From NCBI GenBank assembly GCA_964549165.1, contig CAZJUH010000002.1, positions 1,896-65,895 of the forward strand: a stretch of 64,000 nucleotides of DNA. Direction: 5' to 3'. Under the pieces are notes generated by a model, which saw only the letters and a program-made list of their open reading frames with translations, was not told where the DNA came from and did no database searches. The position numbers and the translations under genes are program-made. The number at the start of each line of letters is the position of its first letter. Within the stretch, counting starts at the first letter, position 1. Shown piece by piece: positions 39,099 to 48,304 of this stretch. Origin of the DNA: an uncultured Gammaproteobacteria bacterium (GTDB taxonomy: Bacteria > Patescibacteriota > Microgenomatia > UBA12405).

Positions 39099-39554
39099 AT
39101 GTACCAAGACAGAGAAGAAAAAATAGTCAGTGAATTTACCGACAAAGTTGTCGAAATTAAACGTGTTTCTAAAAAAACTAAAGGTGGTAATCAGATTTCC
39201 TTTACCGCTCTAGTGGTTACGGGAGACAAGAAAAATCGAGTTGGGGTTGGTCATGGCCGGGCTAAAAGTGTCGCCGATGCTATTCAAAAAGCTATCAATC
39301 GGGGTCGAAAATCACTCATCGAAGTTCCTATTATTAATGGAACTATTCCTGCCTCCATCAAATTAAAATTCAAGGGAGCTGTTATTCTTCTTCGTCCCGG
39401 TAAAGAGGGAAGCGGTTTAATCGCCGGCGGTCCTATCCGCTCAGTTGTTGAGCTGGCCGGAATCAAAGATGTTGTCAGTAAAATCATTGGCTCAAGAAAT
39501 AAATCTATTAATGTTTGGGCCACCATTAAAGCGTTAGAGATTCTCAAAAAATAA
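39099..39554 (+). CDS. rpsE: 30S ribosomal protein S5
   Basis: RVSKKTKGG, GLIAGG. Confidence 0.97.
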   Translation: MYQDREEKIVSEFTDKVVEIKRVSKKTKGGNQISFTALVVTGDKKNRVGVGHGRAKSVADAIQKAINRGRKSLIEVPIINGTIPASIKLKFKGAVILLRPGKEGSGLIAGGPIRSVVELAGIKDVVSKIIGSRNKSINVWATIKALEILKK

Positions 39555-39555
39555 T

Positions 39556-40011
39556 ATGGATATTTTATCTTCTTTAAACAAAACCACTACCAAGCAGTCC
39601 AAGCGTGTCGGTCGGGGGATTGGTTCTGGAGTCGGCGGTCACACTACTGGCCGTGGTGCCAAGGGAGATAATGTTAGGGGTCACAGCAAATTAACCTTTG
39701 ACGGCACAAAAATCAAAAAAGGTTGGTTAAAAAGATTACCATTCCTACGGGGAAAACATCGTTTATTGCCCCTAAATGATACCTATATTGTTTCTTTAAC
39801 CCAAATTAATTCCTGGTTTAAAACTGGTGAAATTGTTGAGAAAAAAACTATTTTCGAAAAAATCCTCAGGACTACCAAAAGAGATTTAACTAAAAAAATC
39901 AAAGTCTTGTCTACCGGCAATCTTGATAAAAAATTAACTTTTAAAGGTCTTGAGCTTTCGGAGAAAGCGTCTTCAAAAGTATTAGCCTCAGGTGGTAAGA
40001 TAGAGTCATGA
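39556..40011 (+). CDS. rplO: 50S ribosomal protein L15
   Basis: [15 protein letters not shown]. Confidence 0.95.
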   Translation: MDILSSLNKTTTKQSKRVGRGIGSGVGGHTTGRGAKGDNVRGHSKLTFDGTKIKKGWLKRLPFLRGKHRLLPLNDTYIVSLTQINSWFKTGEIVEKKTIFEKILRTTKRDLTKKIKVLSTGNLDKKLTFKGLELSEKASSKVLASGGKIES

Positions 40012-41288
40012 ATTATCTGACAAAATCATTGTCCCTTTATAAAGAGGGTTTAAAATCTCCCTTGCTTCGAAAAAAAATATTATTTACTCTGGGTATCTTA
40101 GTTCTTTTTCGTCTGATTGCTCATATTCCGGTCCCTGGTGTTAACCTCGCTTTATTAAAATCTTTTTTTGCTCAAAATCAGCTTTTATCTCTTCTCGATA
40201 TTTTTTCTGGTGGTACTCTCGCCAATTTTTCTATTGCCGCTTTGGGACTAAATCCCTATATCAATGCTTCGATTATGCTCCAGCTTTTGGGTTTTGTCAT
40301 TCCCGAGCTTAAAGAACTCCAAAAAGAAGGGGAATATGGGCAGTCCAAATTAAATCAATACACCAGAATTATTACCATTCCTCTCTCTATCTTTCAATCT
40401 CTTGGAATGTACGGCATTTTAAAATCTCAAAATATTATTGGGCAGCAGTCTATTTTAGTTATTGTCGCCCTGATTGCTTCGATGGTCACTGGCACGATGA
40501 TTATGATTTTTCTTGGTGAATTAATTAATGAATTTGGAATTGGAAATGGTATTTCCGTTATGATTTTTGCTGGGATTATTTCTCGCTTACCTGTGTCTGC
40601 CATTCAGTCGCTAAGTCTTGCTGATTTTTCCAATCCTCAAACCCTATTCAATCTAATCTTGTTCTTGGCTCTAGTAGTGGCCATTATTTTTGCTGTCGTT
40701 ACTATTGAAGAAGCAGTGTTTAGGATTCCCGTATCTTACGCTAAAAGAGCTCAAACAACCTATCTTCCCATAAAAGTAAACGTCGCCGGTGTCATGCCGA
40801 TTATTTTTGCTGTTTCCCTTGTTTCCCTGCCTACTCTTTTAGGTCAAGCTTTGAGTCGAGTTGGCAATCAAGCTATCGCCACCTTTGCCCGTAATTTATC
40901 CTCTGCCTTTAGTGGGACTAGTGTTCTTTATTTACTTACCTATTTTGTCATGGTTATTGCCTTTACTTTTTTCTATTCTACTGTTGTTTTTAAACCAAAA
41001 GATGTTGCCGAAGAGCTTCGTAAATCAGGCGGTTTTATTCCTGGAATTCGTCCCGGGATAGCTACTGAAAAAAGACTGGAATATTTACTTTATCGGGTTG
41101 TTTTCATCGGTGCCTTCTTTTTAGCCATGATTGCCGTCATTCCTTCTGTCATTCAAAAAATAACCGGGATAACTTCACTTAGTATTGGCGGTACTTCCGT
41201 TTTGATTGTTGTTTCCGTTATTTTAGAGTTAAATCGTAAAATTGAAAACGTGGTTCAAATGTATAATTACGATAAACTAACTTACTAA
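40008..41288 (+). CDS. secY: Preprotein translocase subunit SecY
   Basis: [43 protein letters not shown]. Confidence 0.98.
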   Translation: MNYLTKSLSLYKEGLKSPLLRKKILFTLGILVLFRLIAHIPVPGVNLALLKSFFAQNQLLSLLDIFSGGTLANFSIAALGLNPYINASIMLQLLGFVIPELKELQKEGEYGQSKLNQYTRIITIPLSIFQSLGMYGILKSQNIIGQQSILVIVALIASMVTGTMIMIFLGELINEFGIGNGISVMIFAGIISRLPVSAIQSLSLADFSNPQTLFNLILFLALVVAIIFAVVTIEEAVFRIPVSYAKRAQTTYLPIKVNVAGVMPIIFAVSLVSLPTLLGQALSRVGNQAIATFARNLSSAFSGTSVLYLLTYFVMVIAFTFFYSTVVFKPKDVAEELRKSGGFIPGIRPGIATEKRLEYLLYRVVFIGAFFLAMIAVIPSVIQKITGITSLSIGGTSVLIVVSVILELNRKIENVVQMYNYDKLTY

Positions 41289-41788
41289 AACCCTTTCCCC
41301 GATAAATCGGGGCTTTCCCCTTCAAAAAGGGAATTTATGAAAATTAATAATAATTTACTTACTCAAAGAGGACACAATCCTTACCTTCTTGAGTTAAGAG
41401 AATTATCGAGAGTAAATCGTCAAAATCCAACTAAAGCTGAATTATTAATTTGGAACACGATTTTACGGAAAAAATATTTAGGCTATAAATTTCTGAGACA
41501 AAAACCATTAAATCAATTTATTCTTGATTTTTATTGCTCAAAATTATTACTAGACATTGAAATTGATGGAGATTCCCATCTTAATCAAAAAAATCATGAC
41601 GATGGTCGGGACGAAATTTTATCTAGTCTCGGAATTAAAACTATTAGGTATAATAATGAAGCAGTATTAATGACCTTAAATACCGTTATAGAAGATTTAA
41701 AGGTTCAAATTAATAATCGACAGGATGAAATATAATTTAATTAATTGCCCTTTTGAAGGGAAATGTCCCGAAGGGACAAAGGGTTTTT
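41287..41788. mobile_element. Putative nuclease cassette with structured inverted ends between secY and adk
   Basis: Left end aaaacccttt-hairpin-ctttccccttcaaaaagggaatt; right end is the reverse complement of aaaacccttt-hairpin-atttcccttcaaaagggcaatt. Confidence 0.65.
41337..41735 (+). CDS. DUF559 / Vsr-like endonuclease
   Basis: R..PTKAE..IW..LR, KFLRQKP, FILDFYC, IEIDGDSH, D..RDE.L...G...IRY.N. Confidence 0.9.
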   Translation: MKINNNLLTQRGHNPYLLELRELSRVNRQNPTKAELLIWNTILRKKYLGYKFLRQKPLNQFILDFYCSKLLLDIEIDGDSHLNQKNHDDGRDEILSSLGIKTIRYNNEAVLMTLNTVIEDLKVQINNRQDEI

Positions 41789-41789
41789 A

Positions 41790-42380
41790 ATGTTAAATTT
41801 ATTTATCATTGGCCCGAGCGGCTGCGGCAAATCAACTCAAGCCAAGTTAATTGCGGAGAAATATAACCTAACCCATTTATCTATGGGCCAGCTTCTTCGA
41901 GATGAAATTGCCGCTGATAGTGGTTTTGGCGATGAAGCCAAATCTTATCTTGATAATGGTAAATTAGTTCCCGACGATTTAATTTTTGATATTTTAATTG
42001 CTAAACTAAACACCTTAAACAATCAAAATTTTATCATCGATGGTTTCCCCAGGGTTTTAAATCAAGGCAAATATATGGAATATTATTTAAAGAAAAAAGA
42101 CTTGCCATTTTCTTTGTTAATTCATTTAAGTGTTACTTTTGGGGAAATATCTACTCGTCGTGCCAAACTTGGCGTTGAGTTTCAAGATGAGAATAGAACT
42201 GACAATACTCCCGAGGCTATTGCTTCCCGTCAGCAATTTTACGATGAGGGTATCGCTCCCATTCGTGAATATTTTGAATCAAAGGGCCTTTTTGTTGACA
42301 TTGACGGCAACCACCCCGTTGAACCTATCTTTAGCGATATCTGTCAGAAAATTGATAAATTATTAATTAACTCTAAATGA
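41790..42380 (+). CDS. adk: Adenylate kinase (short, LID-less)
   Basis: GPSGCGKSTQA, GKLVPD, IDGFPR; start ATG 41790. Confidence 0.93.
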   Translation: MLNLFIIGPSGCGKSTQAKLIAEKYNLTHLSMGQLLRDEIAADSGFGDEAKSYLDNGKLVPDDLIFDILIAKLNTLNNQNFIIDGFPRVLNQGKYMEYYLKKKDLPFSLLIHLSVTFGEISTRRAKLGVEFQDENRTDNTPEAIASRQQFYDEGIAPIREYFESKGLFVDIDGNHPVEPIFSDICQKIDKLLINSK

Positions 42381-42580
42381 AAGAACCACAAGTCAAAGGT
42401 ACTGTTACTGAGGTTTTACCCGATCAGTTATTTCGGGTCAAGCTCGAAGACGATCGTGTCATCGTCTGTTATTTAGCCGGCAAACTAAAAATGCACCATA
42501 TTCGCTGCCTTGCCGGTGACACTGTTTCGGTTGTTTTATCACCCGACGGCAACAAGGGTCGAATAACCTACCGCGGTTAA
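42377..42580 (+). CDS. infA: Translation initiation factor IF-1
   Basis: GTVTEVLP..FRVKL, GRITYR. Confidence 0.95.
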   Translation: MKEPQVKGTVTEVLPDQLFRVKLEDDRVIVCYLAGKLKMHHIRCLAGDTVSVVLSPDGNKGRITYRG

Positions 42581-42603
42581 GTTCTTGTTATTAAATTTAC
42601 TCT

Positions 42604-42632
42604 TTGATATTACTGGCAGTTTAGGTTACAAT
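42604..42632 (+). promoter_or_regulatory. Promoter upstream of rpmJ-alpha operon
   Basis: TTGATA-17 nt-TACAAT. Confidence 0.6.
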
Positions 42633-42648
42633 ACCAAAGCCAAAGTTT

Positions 42649-42762
42649 ATGAAAGTAAAATCAAGCATAAAACCCCGCTGCAAAAATTGTAAAATCGTCA
42701 TTAGACGAGGTATAAAACGAGTTATTTGTTCCACCAAAAGACACACCCAAAAACAGGGTTAA
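42649..42762 (+). CDS. rpmJ: 50S ribosomal protein L36 (not in ORF track)
   Basis: Manual translation MKVKSSIKPRCKNCKIVIRRGIKRVICSTKRHTQKQG. Confidence 0.95.
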   Translation: MKVKSSIKPRCKNCKIVIRRGIKRVICSTKRHTQKQG

Positions 42763-42766
42763 TTTT

Positions 42767-43183
42767 ATGAGAATTTCCGGAATTGAAATCCCTGATAATG
42801 AGAGAGCGCAGGTGGCTCTGACTCGATTTTATGGTATTGGTCCCAAAAATGTCATTAAACTAGCCAAAAAAGCTGGTATTGATTTAAATACCAGAATAAA
42901 AACTTTAAGTCGCGACGATATCGGATCTTTAATGAAAGCTCTCGAAGATTTTCAAACAGAAGGCGATTTAAAAAGAGAAATTCGTGAAAATATTGATCGC
43001 TTAAAAGCCATTAAATGTTATCGTGGAATCCGGCACATTGTTTCTCTTCCTGTCCGTGGTCAAAGAACCAAGTCTAACTCTCGTACTCGCAAGGGTAGAA
43101 AGAAAACAGTCGGTTCTCTTACCAAGGAAGCTTGGGCAAAAATTGAAACCCAGCAAAAAGCCGCTGACGTCGCAAAAAAATAA
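42767..43183 (+). CDS. rpsM: 30S ribosomal protein S13
   Basis: YRGIRH, LPVRGQRTKSN. Confidence 0.97.
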   Translation: MRISGIEIPDNERAQVALTRFYGIGPKNVIKLAKKAGIDLNTRIKTLSRDDIGSLMKALEDFQTEGDLKREIRENIDRLKAIKCYRGIRHIVSLPVRGQRTKSNSRTRKGRKKTVGSLTKEAWAKIETQQKAADVAKK

Positions 43184-43195
43184 AATTTTAACCAT

Positions 43196-43666
43196 ATGGC
43201 AACCACAAAAACAAATACCACTCCTGTCGTTACCGCTCCTGTCTCTGCCAAAGGCGGATCCGCCTCAGGCGGAAAAAAAACTAAATCTCTTCCCAAGGCT
43301 AAAAAAGTTGTTAAAAGTCTGGCCGAAGGTCGACTTTACATTCAGTCAACCTTCAACAATACTATCGTCACTATTACCGATATTAAGGGCAATACTCTCG
43401 CCTGGTCAAGTGCTGGTCAGTGTGGCTTTAAGGGTTCTCGTAAATCGACTCCCTATGCCGCCACCACTGCTATCGAAAAGGCTCTTGAGGCTGTCAGACC
43501 AATTGGAATTAAAAAATTAGCAGTTTATCTAAAAGGACCAGGTACCGGCCGAGATGCCGCTCTTCGTTTTCTTCGCGCCAAGCGAGATTTTGAAGTCGAT
43601 CTCATTGCCGATGTCACCCCCATTCCTCACAACGGCCCCAGGCCTCCAAAGGCCCGCCGAGTTTAA
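43196..43666 (+). CDS. rpsK: 30S ribosomal protein S11
   Basis: [28 protein letters not shown]. Confidence 0.97.
   Translation: MATTKTNTTPVVTAPVSAKGGSASGGKKTKSLPKAKKVVKSLAEGRLYIQSTFNNTIVTITDIKGNTLAWSSAGQCGFKGSRKSTPYAATTAIEKALEAVRPIGIKKLAVYLKGPGTGRDAALRFLRAKRDFEVDLIADVTPIPHNGPRPPKARRV
43244..43273 (+). repeat. 30-bp coding palindrome ([10 protein letters not shown]) in rpsK
   Basis: tctgccaaaggcggatccgcctcaggcgga. Confidence 0.92.
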
Positions 43667-43677
43667 AAAAAATTACC

Positions 43678-44307
43678 ATGAGAAGTACACTTGATACTAA
43701 ATGTCGACTTTGCCGTAGTGAAGGCGTAAAACTTTATTTAAAAGGCGCTCGTTGTTTTTCTCCTAAATGTCCCCTTGAAAAGAAAGGAGCTGTCAGGCCT
43801 GGAATGCACGGTACCAAAAGAAGTCGAAAGCCCACCGATTATGGGATTCAACTAAGAGCCAAACAAAAAGCTAAGCGTTTTTATGGAATTGCCGAGACTC
43901 AGTTCAAAAATTATTACACCGCCGCCAAAAAATTAAAAGGTTTGGTCGGTGAAAATTTATTAATTCTTATCGAAAGAAGACTGGACAATGTTATTTATCT
44001 ATCTGGTCTCTGTTTATCCAGAAGTCACGCCAAGCAGTTAATCAGTCATAAAGATGTTTTTGTAAATGGTAAAGTTTTAAATATTTCTTCTTATTTAGTA
44101 AAAGTAGGGGATGTCATTACTTTAAAAGCAAAAAATCTTAAAAAAAATGGCGAAACTTATAAATACGCCGATAAGGACTTTAAGGCTCCGCAGTGGATTG
44201 ATTTAGACAAATCCAAATCCAGCGCCAAAATCATTGCCCTTCCCATCATCGATCAGAATCATAACGGGATCGATGTAAATTTAATTATTGAATATTATTC
44301 AAGATAA
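43678..44307 (+). CDS. rpsD: 30S ribosomal protein S4
   Basis: CRLCR.EG.KL.LKG.RC, ERRLDNV, IIEYYSR. Confidence 0.97.
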   Translation: MRSTLDTKCRLCRSEGVKLYLKGARCFSPKCPLEKKGAVRPGMHGTKRSRKPTDYGIQLRAKQKAKRFYGIAETQFKNYYTAAKKLKGLVGENLLILIERRLDNVIYLSGLCLSRSHAKQLISHKDVFVNGKVLNISSYLVKVGDVITLKAKNLKKNGETYKYADKDFKAPQWIDLDKSKSSAKIIALPIIDQNHNGIDVNLIIEYYSR

Positions 44308-44322
44308 CAAAAGGAGAAAACT

Positions 44323-45243
44323 ATGATCGATACTAGTCGCTTTCATATTAAAACCATTAAACAAACTTCCACTTATGGCAAGTTTGAGCTTACTCCACTT
44401 GTTGGAGGTTTAGGTCACACCCTCGGTAATAGTCTTCGTCGAATTCTTTTAATCACTATTCCCGGTGCGGCAATCACTCACATTAAAATCGATGGTGCCA
44501 CTCATTTATTTACCACTTTACCTGGGGTAAAAGAAGATCTCGTCGAAATTTCGCTCAATCTAAAAAAGATTAAATTTGCCTATGCCAAGGAAGAACCTAC
44601 GATATTAATTTTAGACAAAAAAGGCAAGGGTATTGTTACTGCCGCTGATATTGCTGATAGCTCTGTCTGTAAGGTTTCTAATCCAGATCAGGTCATCGCT
44701 ACTCTAACCGACACCAAAGCCCACCTTAAAATTGAAATGACGGTTGAGCGTGGGGTTGGCTATTCTCTGGCTCGTGAACAAAAAACTGATATTGTTGGTG
44801 AAATTATCCTCGATGCCACCTTTACTCCCGTTTTAAAAGCCAATTATACTGTTGAGCCCACTCGTCTTGGTAAAAAGAGCAATTACGATAAATTAACCAT
44901 GGAGATTTGGACCGATGCTTCAATTGAGCCTCTCACTGCCCTAAAAATGGCCGCCAAAGATTTAATTAATGCCCTTGACCAGATTGTTGATACTCGTGAA
45001 TTCGAAGACGAAGTCATCACCCTCGACTCTATGCCCATCAACCAAATGGCTGAAATCTCAGTTGAAGAAATTGAATTACCTCTTCGGGTGACCAACGCCC
45101 TCAAAAAAGCTGATTATTCGACCATTAACGATTTAGTTAAGGCCGGTAGAGCCGATGTCAGTAAAGCCAAAAACGTCGGTGAAAAATCATTAAGAATTAT
45201 TGATGCCTGGCTTGAGGAAAAGGGCTTTTCCTGGAATAAATAA
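44323..45243 (+). CDS. rpoA: RNA polymerase alpha subunit
   Basis: TLGNSLRRILL, PGVKED, alpha-CTD NVGEKS. Confidence 0.97.
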   Translation: MIDTSRFHIKTIKQTSTYGKFELTPLVGGLGHTLGNSLRRILLITIPGAAITHIKIDGATHLFTTLPGVKEDLVEISLNLKKIKFAYAKEEPTILILDKKGKGIVTAADIADSSVCKVSNPDQVIATLTDTKAHLKIEMTVERGVGYSLAREQKTDIVGEIILDATFTPVLKANYTVEPTRLGKKSNYDKLTMEIWTDASIEPLTALKMAAKDLINALDQIVDTREFEDEVITLDSMPINQMAEISVEEIELPLRVTNALKKADYSTINDLVKAGRADVSKAKNVGEKSLRIIDAWLEEKGFSWNK

Positions 45244-45244
45244 G

Positions 45245-45727
45245 ATGAGACATCGAATTGCAGGCTATCATTTAGGTCGGACCATTAATCAAAGAAAAAA
45301 TCTGTATAGATCTCAGCTGCGCTCTTTGTTTACTTACGGTTTTATCAATACGACCGTTACCAAAGCCAAATCTATCCTGCCTCTGGCAGAAAAAATTGCC
45401 CTCGCCGCCGTCAAGGCCGACCTAAATTCTCGTCGCTATATTTTTACCTTTTTTCAAGATCGAAATATCGTAAATAGGATAGTAACAGCTTTTTCTACTA
45501 CTTTTCCCGGCCAGACTCAAAACTTTACTCAGTTAAAAAATGTAAAATTCCGGCAAGGGGATAATGCTTTAATTGTTCGATTAAGTTTTATCAAAGAGGT
45601 AAATAGTCTCCCCGTCATTAAAGAAAAAGAAAAAAAATCCGCCAAAGGCGGATCCGCCTCAGGCGGAGAAGTTAAAAAGAAAGTTCCTGCCAAGAAAGCA
45701 GTCGCAAAGAAGGAGACTAAAAAATGA
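45245..45727 (+). CDS. rplQ: 50S ribosomal protein L17
   Basis: MRHR...LGR, TT..KAK, RQGDNA; start ATG 45245. Confidence 0.95.
   Translation: MRHRIAGYHLGRTINQRKNLYRSQLRSLFTYGFINTTVTKAKSILPLAEKIALAAVKADLNSRRYIFTFFQDRNIVNRIVTAFSTTFPGQTQNFTQLKNVKFRQGDNALIVRLSFIKEVNSLPVIKEKEKKSAKGGSASGGEVKKKVPAKKAVAKKETKK
45638..45667 (+). repeat. 30-bp coding palindrome ([10 protein letters not shown]) in rplQ
   Basis: tccgccaaaggcggatccgcctcaggcgga. Confidence 0.92.
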
Positions 45728-46146
45728 AAGCTAAAACAACAGTTTTAAAAGGAAGCAATCCTGTTCGATTATGGATATTAGTTGACTTATCGGGTAAAAC
45801 TCTAGGTCGAGTCGCCACTGAAATTGCAGCCTTATTAATGGGCAAAAATAAAGCGACCTTCTCTTATCATCGTGATGATGGTGACTATGTCGTGGCCATC
45901 AACGCTAAAGATATTGTCGTTACTGGCAAAAAATTAAAACAAAAAATTTATTATCATCACACTGCTTATACCGGCAATTTAAACGAGTTATCTCTAAAAG
46001 ATCTTTTAAAGAAAGACCCGAGGAAAGTAATCGAATTTGCTGTTTACGGTATGCTTCCCAAAAATCATCTTCGGGCCAAAAGAATGCGTCGTTTAAAAAT
46101 ATTTATTAACGCCGAGCATAAATATGCTGAAAAATTAGGTAAATAA
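45724..46146 (+). CDS. rplM: 50S ribosomal protein L13
   Basis: LGRVAT, GDYVVAINA, GMLPKN. Confidence 0.97.
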   Translation: MKAKTTVLKGSNPVRLWILVDLSGKTLGRVATEIAALLMGKNKATFSYHRDDGDYVVAINAKDIVVTGKKLKQKIYYHHTAYTGNLNELSLKDLLKKDPRKVIEFAVYGMLPKNHLRAKRMRRLKIFINAEHKYAEKLGK

Positions 46147-46149
46147 AAT

Positions 46150-46566
46150 ATGGCTACTTCTAAAACATCAAAAAAAAACTTAACCACTTATGTCTATGCT
46201 CTCGGCAGACGCAAAGCTGCCGTGGCGACTCTAAAATTATTTAAAGGTAAGGGTGAATCAAGTATCAACTCTCGTCCTTTAAATAAATATTTTCCTCTCA
46301 CTTTCTCTCGTTTAGATTTACCCTTTGTTACCACTGAGACTCTAAATAAATACTACTTTAGCGCTAAAATTGTTGGTGGAGGCAAAACTGGCCAGCTCGC
46401 TGCTTTAATTTTAGCTATTTCTCGCGCCCTCAAAAAAAGTAATCCTGATATGACTTTAGCCTTAGCCCAGGCTAATTTACTGACAGTCGATGCCCGTGTT
46501 CGCGAACGCCGCATGGTTGGTACCGGTGGCAAAGCGAGACGCCAAAAGCAATCTCCAAAGCGTTAA
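46150..46566 (+). CDS. rpsI: 30S ribosomal protein S9
   Basis: GRRKAAVA, GGGKTGQ, QSPKR. Confidence 0.96.
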   Translation: MATSKTSKKNLTTYVYALGRRKAAVATLKLFKGKGESSINSRPLNKYFPLTFSRLDLPFVTTETLNKYYFSAKIVGGGKTGQLAALILAISRALKKSNPDMTLALAQANLLTVDARVRERRMVGTGGKARRQKQSPKR

Positions 46567-46585
46567 GCTAGTGGTAAAATAAAAA

Positions 46586-48304
46586 GTGGCCGAAAAACGT
46601 TCTAATAGTAATCTTAAGTTGTTTGTATTAGCCAAGCCTTATACTGGCCTTATTCTTCTGGTTCTGGCGGTCACTTTTACCTCTAATGGCTTAAATCTGA
46701 TACTTCCAAAGCTTGTTGCCCAAACTATCGACGTTTTTCGATCAAATAATTCTCTTCCCGTCACTTTTATTAGAAATTTTTCCTTGATTATTGTTTTTAT
46801 TTTTGTTTTTTCTTCTCTTCAAAGTATTTTACAAACCTATTTGTCAGAAAAATTTGCCCGTGATTTAAGGGAAAAATTAATTAATAAAATTTCTAATCAA
46901 CCCTATCTATTTATTCATCAGTTTACTCCAGAAAAATTGCTAACTAATTTAATCGCTGATGTCGACAATATAAAGCTGGTTATTTCTCAGGCCTTAATTC
47001 AGGTTTTTGCTTCCATCATTATCATTATTGGGGCCACTTATTTGTTAATTTCTATTAATTGGAAATTAGCTTTGATTGTTCTATCAATTATTCCCTTTAT
47101 TGTGGTTATCTTCATTCTTATTTTTCACAAAATCAGAAAATATTTCCTCCGCTCCCAGTCCATTATCGATAAGCTCAACCAAGTTATTAACGAAAGTATT
47201 ATTGCTTCCTCTTTAATTCGGATTATTAATTCTCAACAATGGGAATTCTTAAAATTTAGCGCTGTCAGCCAGGAAGCCCGGCAAGTTGGTCTGTCGATTT
47301 TAAAATTATTTTCCAGTTTAGTCCCACTTATTAGCCTGATTGCCAACGCCAGTATCGTGGCTATTTTATTAATTGGCGGCAAATCCATAGTTTTGGGGAC
47401 CTTCACTATTGGTTCTTTCACCGCTTTTATGAGTTACATCTCAATGCTTATCTTTCCAATCGTAGTTTTGGGTTTTATTAGTAATTTGATTGCTCGGGCT
47501 GCCGTTTCTTTTGAACGAATTAATCAGGTTTTAGAAGCTCCGGTTGAAAAAATTTATGGCGATATCGAGACCGAAATTAAAGGAAATATTGTTTTTAAGA
47601 ATGTAAATTTAATCCTAAATAATAAACAAATTCTTAAAAACGTTTCATTTAATCTCAAAGCCAATCGTAAAACGGCCATTCTTGGACCTACTGCCGCTGG
47701 TAAAACCCAGATTTTTTATCTGATTGCCGGTTTAATAAAACCGAGTTCCGGTCAAATTTTAATTGATAATGTCCCTCTTTTTGACTATTCCCAAAATTGC
47801 TTAAGCAGTCAGATTGGTTTGGTTTTTCAGGATTCTTCCATCTTTAATGCTACTATTTTGGAAAATATTAATTTTAAGAATAAAAACGATCCTAGTGCTG
47901 TTAATAAAGCCATTGAGACCGCAGAGCTTAAAAATTTTATTGAGACTCTACCCCATGGTTTAAATACTAAAATTGCTGAAAGGGGCAACAATTTATCCGG
48001 TGGTCAAAAACAAAGAATTACTTTAGCTCGGGCTTTGGTTCTTAATCCCAAGATTTTGTTATTGGACGATTTTACTGCCAGGGTTGACAAAGATACCGAA
48101 AAAAGGATTATTGCTAATTTAGACAAAAATTATTCCGAAACCACCGAAGTGATTATCACTCAGCAAATTTCTTCTGCCCTGGATGCCGATCAAATAATTT
48201 TAGTCATGGAAGGAGAGATTTTGGCGGTGGGCACTCATGCTTCTCTTCTGAAAAAATCTCCTGAATACAGACAAATTTATAATTCACAGCAGGATTTGAC
48301 ATGA
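46586..48304 (+). CDS. ABC exporter half, degenerate NBD
   Basis: TMD + GPTAAGKT, LSGGQKQR, LLLDD (no catalytic Glu), Gln in place of switch His. Confidence 0.9.
   Translation: MAEKRSNSNLKLFVLAKPYTGLILLVLAVTFTSNGLNLILPKLVAQTIDVFRSNNSLPVTFIRNFSLIIVFIFVFSSLQSILQTYLSEKFARDLREKLINKISNQPYLFIHQFTPEKLLTNLIADVDNIKLVISQALIQVFASIIIIIGATYLLISINWKLALIVLSIIPFIVVIFILIFHKIRKYFLRSQSIIDKLNQVINESIIASSLIRIINSQQWEFLKFSAVSQEARQVGLSILKLFSSLVPLISLIANASIVAILLIGGKSIVLGTFTIGSFTAFMSYISMLIFPIVVLGFISNLIARAAVSFERINQVLEAPVEKIYGDIETEIKGNIVFKNVNLILNNKQILKNVSFNLKANRKTAILGPTAAGKTQIFYLIAGLIKPSSGQILIDNVPLFDYSQNCLSSQIGLVFQDSSIFNATILENINFKNKNDPSAVNKAIETAELKNFIETLPHGLNTKIAERGNNLSGGQKQRITLARALVLNPKILLLDDFTARVDKDTEKRIIANLDKNYSETTEVIITQQISSALDADQIILVMEGEILAVGTHASLLKKSPEYRQIYNSQQDLT

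Noticed and set aside
10747-45244. Long N-terminal extensions of mltG, rpoB, rplC, rplX, adk, rplQ in the ORF track
   Set aside because: They come from upstream alternative codons overlapping other genes or repeats; downstream ATGs match family starts.
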